Of a DNA stretch of 64,000 nt, positions 28,326 to 35,701 are shown piece by piece; the first letter of the stretch is position 1; each line of letters begins with the position of its first letter. A program made the position numbers and the translations under genes. The notes beneath the pieces were generated by a model, which was given only the letters and a program-made list of their open reading frames with translations, was not told the DNA's origin and made no database searches. The stretch is from Gemmatimonadota bacterium. GTDB lineage: Bacteria > Gemmatimonadota > Gemmatimonadetes > Gemmatimonadales > GWC2-71-9. The stretch covers positions 1,004,314-1,068,313 of the forward strand of contig PNAE01000007.1 in NCBI GenBank assembly GCA_003169895.1, in the 5' to 3' direction.

Positions 28326-30251
28326 CCGATCCGGCCCACCGTGTGGCGGTGGCGGCGGCGGCGGCGGCGCGAACAGCGCGATCCCCGGTTGTCCCGGTCC
28401 GACGTCCCATTGCACCACTGTACGCCAGTCCGCCGCCCACGCCGGCGGCGTTCCTGCGTGGGGCCAGATCTGCAGCAGCAGGCAAGGGGGGCCGCGGCGC
28501 TCCATGAATCGCGCCGATGCATTGGTGACGCCAACAGCCCGAAAGCGCGCGTCACTTCCCGCATGGCGCACCAGTACCATCGCGCCGTATTCCCAGGCAT
28601 CCGGCCAGGTGTGCATGCCGACGTCGGCGCAGCCGCTGCTGGCGATCCTCTTCGCGACATCCACGTACGGTCGGGCGAGCACCGGGTCGTACATGAAGTA
28701 GCCGAGGTTTCGCGGGGTCGCCAGAATGCTGGGTCGCGGGGTGATCGCCCTGCCAGGGAGCGTCACCAGTGGGCGGGTGTAGTTGAAGAGCGCCTCCGGA
28801 AGCGCGGCCAGCGTGAGCACAACCAGCACGCCGCGCCGTGCCGCCAGCGGAAGGCGCTCAAGCCACAGCGCAACCCACGCCAGCGCCAGTACGAACAGCG
28901 GCGTGTGCAATCGGCTGTGGTAGCTCTGCCACTTCAACTGGGCGCAGAAGATCACGAAGCCCGTGACGACCGCGACGGGGAACCAGAGCCGGACGCCTGT
29001 TGATCTCGCCACGACCAATCCGATCAGGCAGCCGAACACCAGAAGTAGATGGAGCGGATTCGGAGCGGATTCCTCATGAGTGTTCCACGGCGTCGGAATG
29101 AAGTGCGGGTTCCATGTGGTGCGCTGATCATCCGGATTGGCCCCGATCGCACGCGAAACCGTTGCCACGCCATTCGCGACCGCTGCATTGATCCTATCTG
29201 ACGGCGTACCGAAATGGAGCGACAGGTTTCGCAGCACGTTCCCGATTACCTGATTCGGAGCCTTCGTGGTCATGGGAATGTTCCAGACCGGGTCACCACG
29301 AACGTCGCCGAAAACAGCCTGGTTGCGGGCCAGCTGCGGCCCAGCGATCAGCAGGCTAGCCGCCAGCAAAGCCGCGACCAACGAACCAGCCGCGCGACTC
29401 CGTCCTGTCGAAGCAAGCAGCACGATCGCTGGCAACAGCGCCACTCCACCGAACAATACGGCAGTCTGTTTGGTGCCGACTGCCAACCCGAATGACAGCG
29501 CGCAGAGGGTCAGGTCCGTGGAGCGCTGTGGTGTCGAGAGCAAGCGATAGCCGAACGCGCACGCCAGCACCGCCCAGCACGCCGCCGTGACATCAGTCTG
29601 GGTGCCGCTGGCTTGTGCGACCGCCATCGGTAACGTCGCCACGAGCGCCGCCGCCATCGTCGCTGCGGCCCGTCCGCCGCCGAGCGCGCGCGCGAGCAAT
29701 GCCGCGCCGCCACACGCTCCGGCAAACCCGAGCCACTGCACGAAGTTCGCGAAGCGATCCCCGCCGCTGAGTAGTTGGAACTGCAGCACGGCGTATTCCG
29801 ACCACGACGGCATGAACAGTTGCCGGGTGTTCCAGGTCGCGAACGGGTGCAGCGAGCCCTGCTGGATCCACCGTTCCACTCGCACGAGATGGTAGGTGAG
29901 GCCATCGTACGAGTTCGGCGCAGCGATGTACGCAACCAGCCCAGTCAACGCCAACAACAGGACGACTGGCACCAGTTCCTCGATGTGCGACCGCTCGCTG
30001 GCGTGAGGTGCGACACCGATGGAAGCCGTCGATCGCCGCGCGACGACGAGTGCAAGCAGCGTTCCCACGGACCACACGACGGCACTTCCAATCGCGGTGA
30101 GCGCTCCGGCGCCGGACTGGACCTCCGTGCCCACCGCAATCGTAACGCCAAACACGATCAACGCTGCGGCGGCCGACTCGAGCCACTCTCTCCCGGTTCG
30201 CCGGAACGCGAGCGTCCACGCGAGCAGGCTCAGCAACGGAAGAAGGATCAT
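28320..30251 (-). CDS. GT-C-fold-like polytopic membrane protein with poly-Pro C-terminus
   Basis: Start set at ATG 30251 (MILLPLLSLLAW..), overlapping the upstream stop (ATGA). Loop motif NSYDGLTYHLVRVERW and more than 12 TM segments. The C-terminal ..APPPPPPPPHGG is encoded by a (CGG)n tract at ~28346-28370. Confidence 0.7.
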   Translation of the reverse strand: MILLPLLSLLAWTLAFRRTGREWLESAAAALIVFGVTIAVGTEVQSGAGALTAIGSAVVWSVGTLLALVVARRSTASIGVAPHASERSHIEELVPVVLLLALTGLVAYIAAPNSYDGLTYHLVRVERWIQQGSLHPFATWNTRQLFMPSWSEYAVLQFQLLSGGDRFANFVQWLGFAGACGGAALLARALGGGRAAATMAAALVATLPMAVAQASGTQTDVTAACWAVLACAFGYRLLSTPQRSTDLTLCALSFGLAVGTKQTAVLFGGVALLPAIVLLASTGRSRAAGSLVAALLAASLLIAGPQLARNQAVFGDVRGDPVWNIPMTTKAPNQVIGNVLRNLSLHFGTPSDRINAAVANGVATVSRAIGANPDDQRTTWNPHFIPTPWNTHEESAPNPLHLLLVFGCLIGLVVARSTGVRLWFPVAVVTGFVIFCAQLKWQSYHSRLHTPLFVLALAWVALWLERLPLAARRGVLVVLTLAALPEALFNYTRPLVTLPGRAITPRPSILATPRNLGYFMYDPVLARPYVDVAKRIASSGCADVGMHTWPDAWEYGAMVLVRHAGSDARFRAVGVTNASARFMERRGPPCLLLQIWPHAGTPPAWAADWRTVVQWDVGPGQPGIALFAPPPPPPPPHGGPDRK

Positions 30252-31921
30252 GGAACGGAGTCTCGGTGAGTTGTCGTGTGAGTCCCCGACGCGGCAGCGG
30301 CCCGCAACCGCTCCACCCGCTCCCGTTCGGATTGGAACTCGGTCTGGCCCAGGGCCAGCGCCAGAGCGGCATACCGGTCGGCCAGGTCCCACTGGTGCTC
30401 AGTGAGCAGGCACTCGATCAACTTGGCCCGGAGTGACGGAGCCTCCGGCTCCAGCCGCACGCCCGCGGCGAGAACCGGAACCGCGGCCGCACATTGTCCG
30501 TCAGTCCGAAGGAACTGGCCCAAACGTTCGTTGACCTCGTAATCATGCGGCCAGAGTTGCAGGGCATGCCGGAGGTTGGCGATTGCGCGAGGGTGGTCAC
30601 CCGCGCCCTCCCAATACTCGCCGGCGCCCTTCCACGCGCGATATGCCCGCGGCGCATCGTCGGTGAGATCGCTGTAGAAGCGGCGCTGGGTGCTCCAGGT
30701 CGGCACCCGGGTTGCGCTGCGAACACCAAGCACAACCCCCCAGATAACAAGTGCCGCAATCGGGATCCGTACACCCCAGACGTCTCTCGTCTCTCGTCTC
30801 TCGTCTCTCTTGTTGAGCATCGCGCCGAGAGCGATCGCCAGTCCGATGCTTGGCAGGAACAACACCCGCTCCGCCATGACAATCCCGGTTGGCACGAGCA
30901 GGTTGGCGACCGGTGCGAGTGTCACCGCCGCCCACCAAAGCCCGAAGGCGGCGGTTGGTGCGCGGCGTCGCGCAAGCGCAAATAGCGCGATGTATCCGAT
31001 CAGAAGAATCGCGCCGGCGATGTGCCGGGCAGCAACTGGCCCGCCGACCGGAATGCCGGGCGGCCCGTAGTCGGCCTGCAGATGCAGCGGCCAGAACAGC
31101 AGACGCACGTACTCGGGAATGACGCCCAGGAACGTGACGGCGCGCGCTCCGGGCCCAAGTCCGCGGAGCGCCATGGCCGGCGTATCGCCAGCGAAACCGG
31201 TCAGCACGCCGGCACGCACGACGAGCAGCAGCAGCGTAAGCGCCGTCACCGGGACCAGCAGCCGGGCGCGCCTCGCCACTCGGGCGATGCGGATGCCCTT
31301 CTCTCGTCCCTCGTCTCTCGTCTCTCCTGGCGCCAGCAGCCATTCGGCCCCGCCAAGGAGCAGGGGCGCCATGAACCCCTGTTCCTTGGCAGCTATACCA
31401 ATGGCTACTATAGCGAGAAGCGCCAGAACAACACCGGCCGTCACACCGGTACGCCGCGCGTCCAGGTAGATCGATGTGGCAGTCAGCAGTGCCAGTGCAG
31501 TCCACAGCTCCGCCTGACCCACGCCGTTGGCCACCACTTCCACGTGAACGGGGTGCACCAGGAACAGCAGCGTCGCGGCGAGGGCGGGCAGTTCCCGCAC
31601 CGCAAGCCGCCGGAGCAGTGCGTAGAGCGCCAGCCCGCAGCCGAGGTAACCGAGCAGCAGTGTGAGATGAAAAATCCACGGTGCGCCCTGACCCAGGCGC
31701 CATTGCAGCGCAAATCCGGCCACGGTCAGCGGGCGCCACAGCGTGCCGAGCCAGTATGGCGATGCCGCGATGGTATGCCACTGGGTGGGATCGGTGACCC
31801 GCGAATTCTGCACGATGGCCGGCAGGTCGTCATACACGAAGCCGTTGCGAAGGCTCAGCCCCATCGCCAGCGCTACCGCGAGCGCGCAGGCGGCGAACAC
31901 CTCGCGTCGTCGCAACCTCAT
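30248..31921 (-). CDS. TMTC-like membrane protein: GT-C-type TM domain (DUF1736-like) plus C-terminal TPR repeats
   Basis: First-loop motif GFVYDDLPAIVQNSRV, about 9-11 TM segments, and a TPR-like C-terminus (..AYRAWKGAGEYWEGAGDHPRAIANLRHALQLWP..). It contains two in-frame heptad-repeat patches. Confidence 0.8.
   Translation of the reverse strand: MRLRRREVFAACALAVALAMGLSLRNGFVYDDLPAIVQNSRVTDPTQWHTIAASPYWLGTLWRPLTVAGFALQWRLGQGAPWIFHLTLLLGYLGCGLALYALLRRLAVRELPALAATLLFLVHPVHVEVVANGVGQAELWTALALLTATSIYLDARRTGVTAGVVLALLAIVAIGIAAKEQGFMAPLLLGGAEWLLAPGETRDEGREKGIRIARVARRARLLVPVTALTLLLLVVRAGVLTGFAGDTPAMALRGLGPGARAVTFLGVIPEYVRLLFWPLHLQADYGPPGIPVGGPVAARHIAGAILLIGYIALFALARRRAPTAAFGLWWAAVTLAPVANLLVPTGIVMAERVLFLPSIGLAIALGAMLNKRDERRETRDVWGVRIPIAALVIWGVVLGVRSATRVPTWSTQRRFYSDLTDDAPRAYRAWKGAGEYWEGAGDHPRAIANLRHALQLWPHDYEVNERLGQFLRTDGQCAAAVPVLAAGVRLEPEAPSLRAKLIECLLTEHQWDLADRYAALALALGQTEFQSERERVERLRAAAASGTHTTTHRDSVP
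30781..30808. repeat. Four perfect CGTCTCT heptads inside the CDS (encode ..RDERRETRD..)
   Basis: cgtctct x4 at 30781-30808, with no inverted partner nearby. Confidence 0.75.
31298..31326. repeat. Degenerate CGTCTCT heptad patch inside the CDS (encodes ..GETRDEGRE..)
   Basis: cttctct cgtccct cgtctct cgtctct at 31298-31325. Confidence 0.6.
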
Positions 31922-33663
31922 GGCGTCGGTATGCTGTCGACCGGCGGCGGCAGGTTGATCGAGTGCAGCGGTGCGTGCACCCTGTTGGCGCTGTCAGCGA
32001 TCTCGGCGTACAGCGCCAGGGTCTTGTTCTGGACACCGAACGAAGCGCCGAGTCGAGCTTCGGCCGCGGCCTCGCGGTATCGCCCCAGGTACAGCAGGCA
32101 TGCCACTTCCGACGCACGCGCGGTGATATTGCCCGGCACCATCCGCAGGACCTCCTGGTACTCGCGGATGGCGGGATCGCAATGGCCCGCCACGCGATAC
32201 TTGTCGGCGAGGTCGATGTAGACCGGGATTCCCTTCGGAAAGAGGCGGATGGCCCGCCGGTATTCGATCTCGGCGCTGCGCTCCATCTTGACGTCGAACA
32301 GAATCGACCCGTAGGCATGGTGGGCCCGGTAGCTCAGCGGGGCGTCGATGACGCTCTGGAACCAGAGTCCGGCCACATCGTGCCACACGCGCTGGCGCGA
32401 CGCGCTGCGGCTCAACCCCATCGCAAGCAGCACGATCACGCTCGTCGCGACCGCGATCCTGCCCACGGAGCCGCGCCCGTGGATCCAGCTCCCGGCCAGC
32501 CACAGCAGGTCGCCCCCGGCGATCACTACACCCATGCTCGCGAGGAACAGGGTGCGTTCCGCGAGCACGATGCCGGTCGGGACGACGATATTGCTCACCA
32601 GTGACAAGCCGATGGCGGCCCAGAGAATTCCGAAGGTGACTTGTGGGCGGCCTCGCCGGCACACCCACGCGGTCGCGATTGCCAGCAGCAGGAGGGCAGC
32701 GCCGAGTGTCTGCGCGCTGCCCCAATGCGTCGCCGCGACGATTTCCTGCGGTGAGTAGTCGGCGCGCAGATGCGCGGGCCAGACGAACAGCCGGAACCAC
32801 TCCGGCACCACACCAAGCATGGTCAGTGCCCGCCCTCCCATGCCAAGACCGCCCAGCGCTTCAGCGGTAAAGCTGCCCGTGATGTTACCGTGCAGCGCCG
32901 CGCCGCGCACCCCAACGAACGCCACCGCCACGAGCACTAGCGACAGGAACAGCAAGCGCAGCGACGCCAGCCGTTCGCGCCATGGGCGCGGATCCGGAAT
33001 CACCGTGAGCTCGGCGGCTGCCATGAACGCAGGCAGCAGGATCGCATGTTCCTTGAACAGCAAGGCTACGGCAAACCCGCCCGCCATGGCGGCGATCCAG
33101 CGGCCCGTGAGCGGAATTCCGCTGCGGCGCCGATCGATGTACGCCGTCATCAGCAGGGCGAGCAGGAGGCCGACGACGAGTTCCGCCTGGTTGACTGCGA
33201 CCGCCACCGCTTCCACGTGGACGGGGTGAACCGCGAAGAATGCCGCAGCCAGCCATGCGGCACCGGGATTGATCAGGCGCTTGGCCAGCCGGTACACCGC
33301 GAACGTCGTTCCGAGGTAGAGCAGGATGGACACGGTCCAGAACACGACCGGCCGCCCACCGCCGGTGACCCATTCGATCGCGAACATCAGCGACGTGAAC
33401 GGCCGGTACAGGTCTCGCGCGAAAGGCGCCGGCCAATACGCCTGGTTGAAGAACGTCCACGGTCGCGCGAGCGTGTGGACTAGTGGCTGCAGCTTGATAA
33501 TGGGTAGGTCGTCCTGAACCCAGCCGTTGCCCAGGCAGGTCACGGTCGACCCCAGCACCAGCAGGACCAGTGCTGCCGGGGCCGTCCAGTTCGGAAAGCG
33601 CAGGTGGCGCGGATCGGAATTGGTCAGTTGCACGCGCGGCTCCACTGACGAGAAAACTGGCAA
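31918..33663 (-). CDS. TMTC-like membrane protein (GT-C-type TM domain plus TPR repeats), paralogue
   Basis: Motif NGWVQDDLPIIKLQPLV and the same architecture as 30248-31921. TPR-like C-terminus (..YRRAIRLFPKGIPVYIDLADKY..). Its stop overlaps the downstream start (ATGA). Confidence 0.8.
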   Translation of the reverse strand: MPVFSSVEPRVQLTNSDPRHLRFPNWTAPAALVLLVLGSTVTCLGNGWVQDDLPIIKLQPLVHTLARPWTFFNQAYWPAPFARDLYRPFTSLMFAIEWVTGGGRPVVFWTVSILLYLGTTFAVYRLAKRLINPGAAWLAAAFFAVHPVHVEAVAVAVNQAELVVGLLLALLMTAYIDRRRSGIPLTGRWIAAMAGGFAVALLFKEHAILLPAFMAAAELTVIPDPRPWRERLASLRLLFLSLVLVAVAFVGVRGAALHGNITGSFTAEALGGLGMGGRALTMLGVVPEWFRLFVWPAHLRADYSPQEIVAATHWGSAQTLGAALLLLAIATAWVCRRGRPQVTFGILWAAIGLSLVSNIVVPTGIVLAERTLFLASMGVVIAGGDLLWLAGSWIHGRGSVGRIAVATSVIVLLAMGLSRSASRQRVWHDVAGLWFQSVIDAPLSYRAHHAYGSILFDVKMERSAEIEYRRAIRLFPKGIPVYIDLADKYRVAGHCDPAIREYQEVLRMVPGNITARASEVACLLYLGRYREAAAEARLGASFGVQNKTLALYAEIADSANRVHAPLHSINLPPPVDSIPTP

Positions 33664-33779
33664 CGCAGCCCCGACGGGGTGACTCCGGGCTTGCAGAGTT
33701 CAATGCTCGGCACCGGCCAACCGCTGTCGGCTCGGCGCAACAGCGCCCGCCGAACACCTTGTCCGACAACAACTTACTG

Positions 33780-33794
33780 GCAAGCGTTGTGCCG
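33780..33794 (-). promoter_or_regulatory. Candidate sigma-54 promoter for the minus-strand GT-C operon
   Basis: The minus strand reads cGGCAC-AACGC-TTGC, with GG and GC separated by the canonical 10 nt. It lies about 117 nt upstream of ATG 33663. Confidence 0.55.
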
Positions 33795-33810
33795 TGGCAC
33801 CGCTGTTGCA
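33795..33810 (+). promoter_or_regulatory. Sigma-54 promoter motif upstream of the first pilin gene
   Basis: TGGCAC (33795-33800) - cgctg - TTGCA (33806-33810) exactly matches the TGGCAC-N5-TTGCW consensus. It lies 86 nt upstream of ATG 33896. Confidence 0.7.
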
Positions 33811-33895
33811 ATTGGTTTGCCGCGGCAACGCTAGGCTCGGCTCGGACCTGGCGCCAGAGGCCGAGAACCCCAACGCCACCGAACGGAGATCGAAC

Positions 33896-34282
33896 ATGTT
33901 GCGCAATCGCAAGGGCTTTACCCTGATCGAGCTGCTGATCGTAGTCGTGATCATCGGCATCTTGGCGGCCATCGCCATCCCGAAGTTCGCCGCGACGAAG
34001 GACAAGGCGAAGCTCGCTTCGGTCAAGACCGACGTCCGCAACTCGGAGACCGCCGAAGAGGCGTACTTCTCCGACTACGCGACGTACGGCACGTTCACGC
34101 AGCTGCAGACCGCCAGCAACTTCAATCTGTCGAGCGGTAACACGATGACCATCGGGACCAACGTCAGCGGGTATACGACCACCGCAACGAACTCGACGAT
34201 CTCGAGCGGCATCACGACCTGCCACGTGCAGGTTGCGGCGGGCGCGACGTCGGGTGACGACGGCTACATCCGTTGCCCCTGA
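33896..34282 (+). CDS. pilA: Type IV major pilin (type IVa-like)
   Basis: MLRNRKG|FTLIELLIVVVIIGILAAIAIPKF.. is a prepilin leader plus hydrophobic helix with Glu5. C-terminal Cys pair (..TTCHVQ...IRCP). GGAG lies upstream of the ATG. Confidence 0.9.
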   Translation: MLRNRKGFTLIELLIVVVIIGILAAIAIPKFAATKDKAKLASVKTDVRNSETAEEAYFSDYATYGTFTQLQTASNFNLSSGNTMTIGTNVSGYTTTATNSTISSGITTCHVQVAAGATSGDDGYIRCP

Positions 34283-34407
34283 ACTGAAGCACTGCTGAGT
34301 ATCGATCGCGGGGCGTTCGCCGGCCGCTCCAGGCTGACGGGCGCCCCGGGTCGCGAAATGGATCGGAATGTTCAAGACGGATGGAAACTCCGGTGGAGGG
34401 TGACGCC

Positions 34408-34800
34408 ATGGAAGACAACCGCCGGGGTTTCGCGTCCGCCGAAATGCTGGTCGTCCTGTTGCTGATCGGGATACTGGCTGGTGTGGGTCTGCCCTGGTAC
34501 GCGGCAACCAAGGAGAACGTCCGGGTTGCCAGGATGGTCGATGATCTGCGCAATCTGGCGGTCTCCGAGGAAGCCTATTTCGCGGATCACGCGACCTATT
34601 ACCGCGGTGTGCTACCCTCGACCGCGTTGGCATTCCAGCCATCGGCGGGCGTGACCCTGACCATTGACAGCGCCGCCGTGACCGGATGGTCGGCGACCGC
34701 CTCGACCATGGGCACGAGCCAGCATTGCGTGGTATTCTACGGCGACGCCGCGCCGAGTGTTCCCGCGGCGGCCGAGACGCAGGCAGCGTGCACTCGATAG
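34408..34800 (+). CDS. Divergent pilin-like protein
   Basis: MEDNRRG|FASAEMLVVLLLIGILAGVGLP.. keeps Gly-1, Phe+1 and Glu+5 but is otherwise atypical. C-terminal Cys pair. GGAGG lies 10 nt upstream of ATG 34408. Confidence 0.7.
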   Translation: MEDNRRGFASAEMLVVLLLIGILAGVGLPWYAATKENVRVARMVDDLRNLAVSEEAYFADHATYYRGVLPSTALAFQPSAGVTLTIDSAAVTGWSATASTMGTSQHCVVFYGDAAPSVPAAAETQAACTR

Positions 34801-34886
34801 CGAACCATGTCGGTCGGCGAGCGATGCCGGCGGCCAGGAGTGGTCGAAACGGTTTGCATCGCACCACGAAACAGCGAGGCGATGGC

Positions 34887-35273
34887 ATGCGCAACTCACG
34901 TAGCGGCTTCACCCTGATCGAGCTTCTGATTGTGGTCGTGATCATCGGGATCCTGGCAGCCATCGCCATCCCGAAGTTCGCCGCGACCAAGGACAAGGCC
35001 AAGCTGGCGTCAGTCAAGGCGGACGTGCGCAACTCCGAGACCGCCGAAGAGGCCTACTTCTCGGACTTCGCCACCTACGCGGTCTACGCCCAGCTGCAGA
35101 CTGCGACCAACTTGCTCATCTCCCCGGGCAACACCATCAGCATTGCGACGAACGCCAGCGGTTACACGGTTACCGCGACGAACAGTTCGATCTCGACCGG
35201 CATCACCAGCTGTCAGGTTCAGGTGGGCGCCGGGGCGACGACTGGGATTGACGGGCAGATCAAGTGCCCGTGA
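34887..35273 (+). CDS. Type IV major pilin paralogue
   Basis: MRNSRSG|FTLIELLIVVVIIGILAAIAIPKFAATKDKAKLASVK.. is almost identical to the first pilin over ~55 aa, with a divergent C-terminal half and a conserved Cys pair. Confidence 0.9.
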   Translation: MRNSRSGFTLIELLIVVVIIGILAAIAIPKFAATKDKAKLASVKADVRNSETAEEAYFSDFATYAVYAQLQTATNLLISPGNTISIATNASGYTVTATNSSISTGITSCQVQVGAGATTGIDGQIKCP

Positions 35274-35327
35274 CAAGTGAGACGTAAGCGGTGAAAGGTG
35301 AAAGGGGTGTCGTCCCTCTCACTTCCG
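35272..35327. repeat. Heptad-phased array (GTGAGAC/GTAAGCG/GTGAAAG units) directly after the pilin stop
   Basis: tgacaa gtgagac gtaagcg gtgaaag gtgaaag gggtgtcgtccctctcacttcc. The tip motif GGGgTGTCGTCCC is shared with the hslV-hslU element. Self-complementarity is weak. Confidence 0.6.
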
Positions 35328-35413
35328 ACTATTTCGATCCTCTCCGCGTCATTTCCGCCCCTCGATAAGCATCGATTCCCGGCATTGTGCGGCGTCGCCT
35401 GCCGGAGCTGCCC

Positions 35414-35701
35414 ATGCTGGTGTCGTCGCGTCGTGGTGAGACCCTCATTGAATTGATCGTCGCGCTGGTGGTCCTGGAGCTGGTCGGTGCGGCCGCGCTC
35501 GCGGCGGTACTCACCGCCGAGCGCCTCGACCGGCACGCCACGCGCGGCGCCGCGGAGGACGCGGCGCGGTGGCAGCGCTACCGGGAGCTGGAGACGCTCT
35601 CGTCGTGCGTGAATGCGCCGGCGCCGGATACGATCCCGCTGGTATTTCCCCCAACCGTCGATCGGCCTACGCTGCCGACGGCGGGGCGATGCGGACGATG
35701 A
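35414..35701 (+). CDS. Minor-pilin-like protein (prepilin-type N-terminal domain)
   Basis: MLVSSRRG|ETLIELIVALVVLELVGAAAL.. with GGAG 6 nt upstream of ATG 35414. GTG 35387 is an alternative start. Confidence 0.65.
   Translation: MLVSSRRGETLIELIVALVVLELVGAAALAAVLTAERLDRHATRGAAEDAARWQRYRELETLSSCVNAPAPDTIPLVFPPTVDRPTLPTAGRCGR

Noticed and set aside
28346-28370. The (CGG)n tract as a phase-variation switch
   Set aside because: A trinucleotide repeat changes length in frame (poly-Pro length only) and lies at the extreme 3' end of the gene. On/off switching is not expected.
28190-28507. Plus-strand ORF with the heptad peptide repeat LDPxDSN x5
   Set aside because: The periodicity is a by-product of the 21-nt DNA repeat. 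The rest of the ORF is antisense to the GT-C gene and Ala/Pro/Arg-rich.
33896-35273. PglB-type N-glycosylation of the pilins at N-x-S/T triplets
   Set aside because: None of the triplets (NLS, NVS, NST, NAS, NSS) has the acidic residue at -2 required by the bacterial D/E-x-N-x-S/T sequon. No STT3/PglB signature (WWDYG) was seen in the GT-C-like proteins. Only generic glycosylation is proposed.
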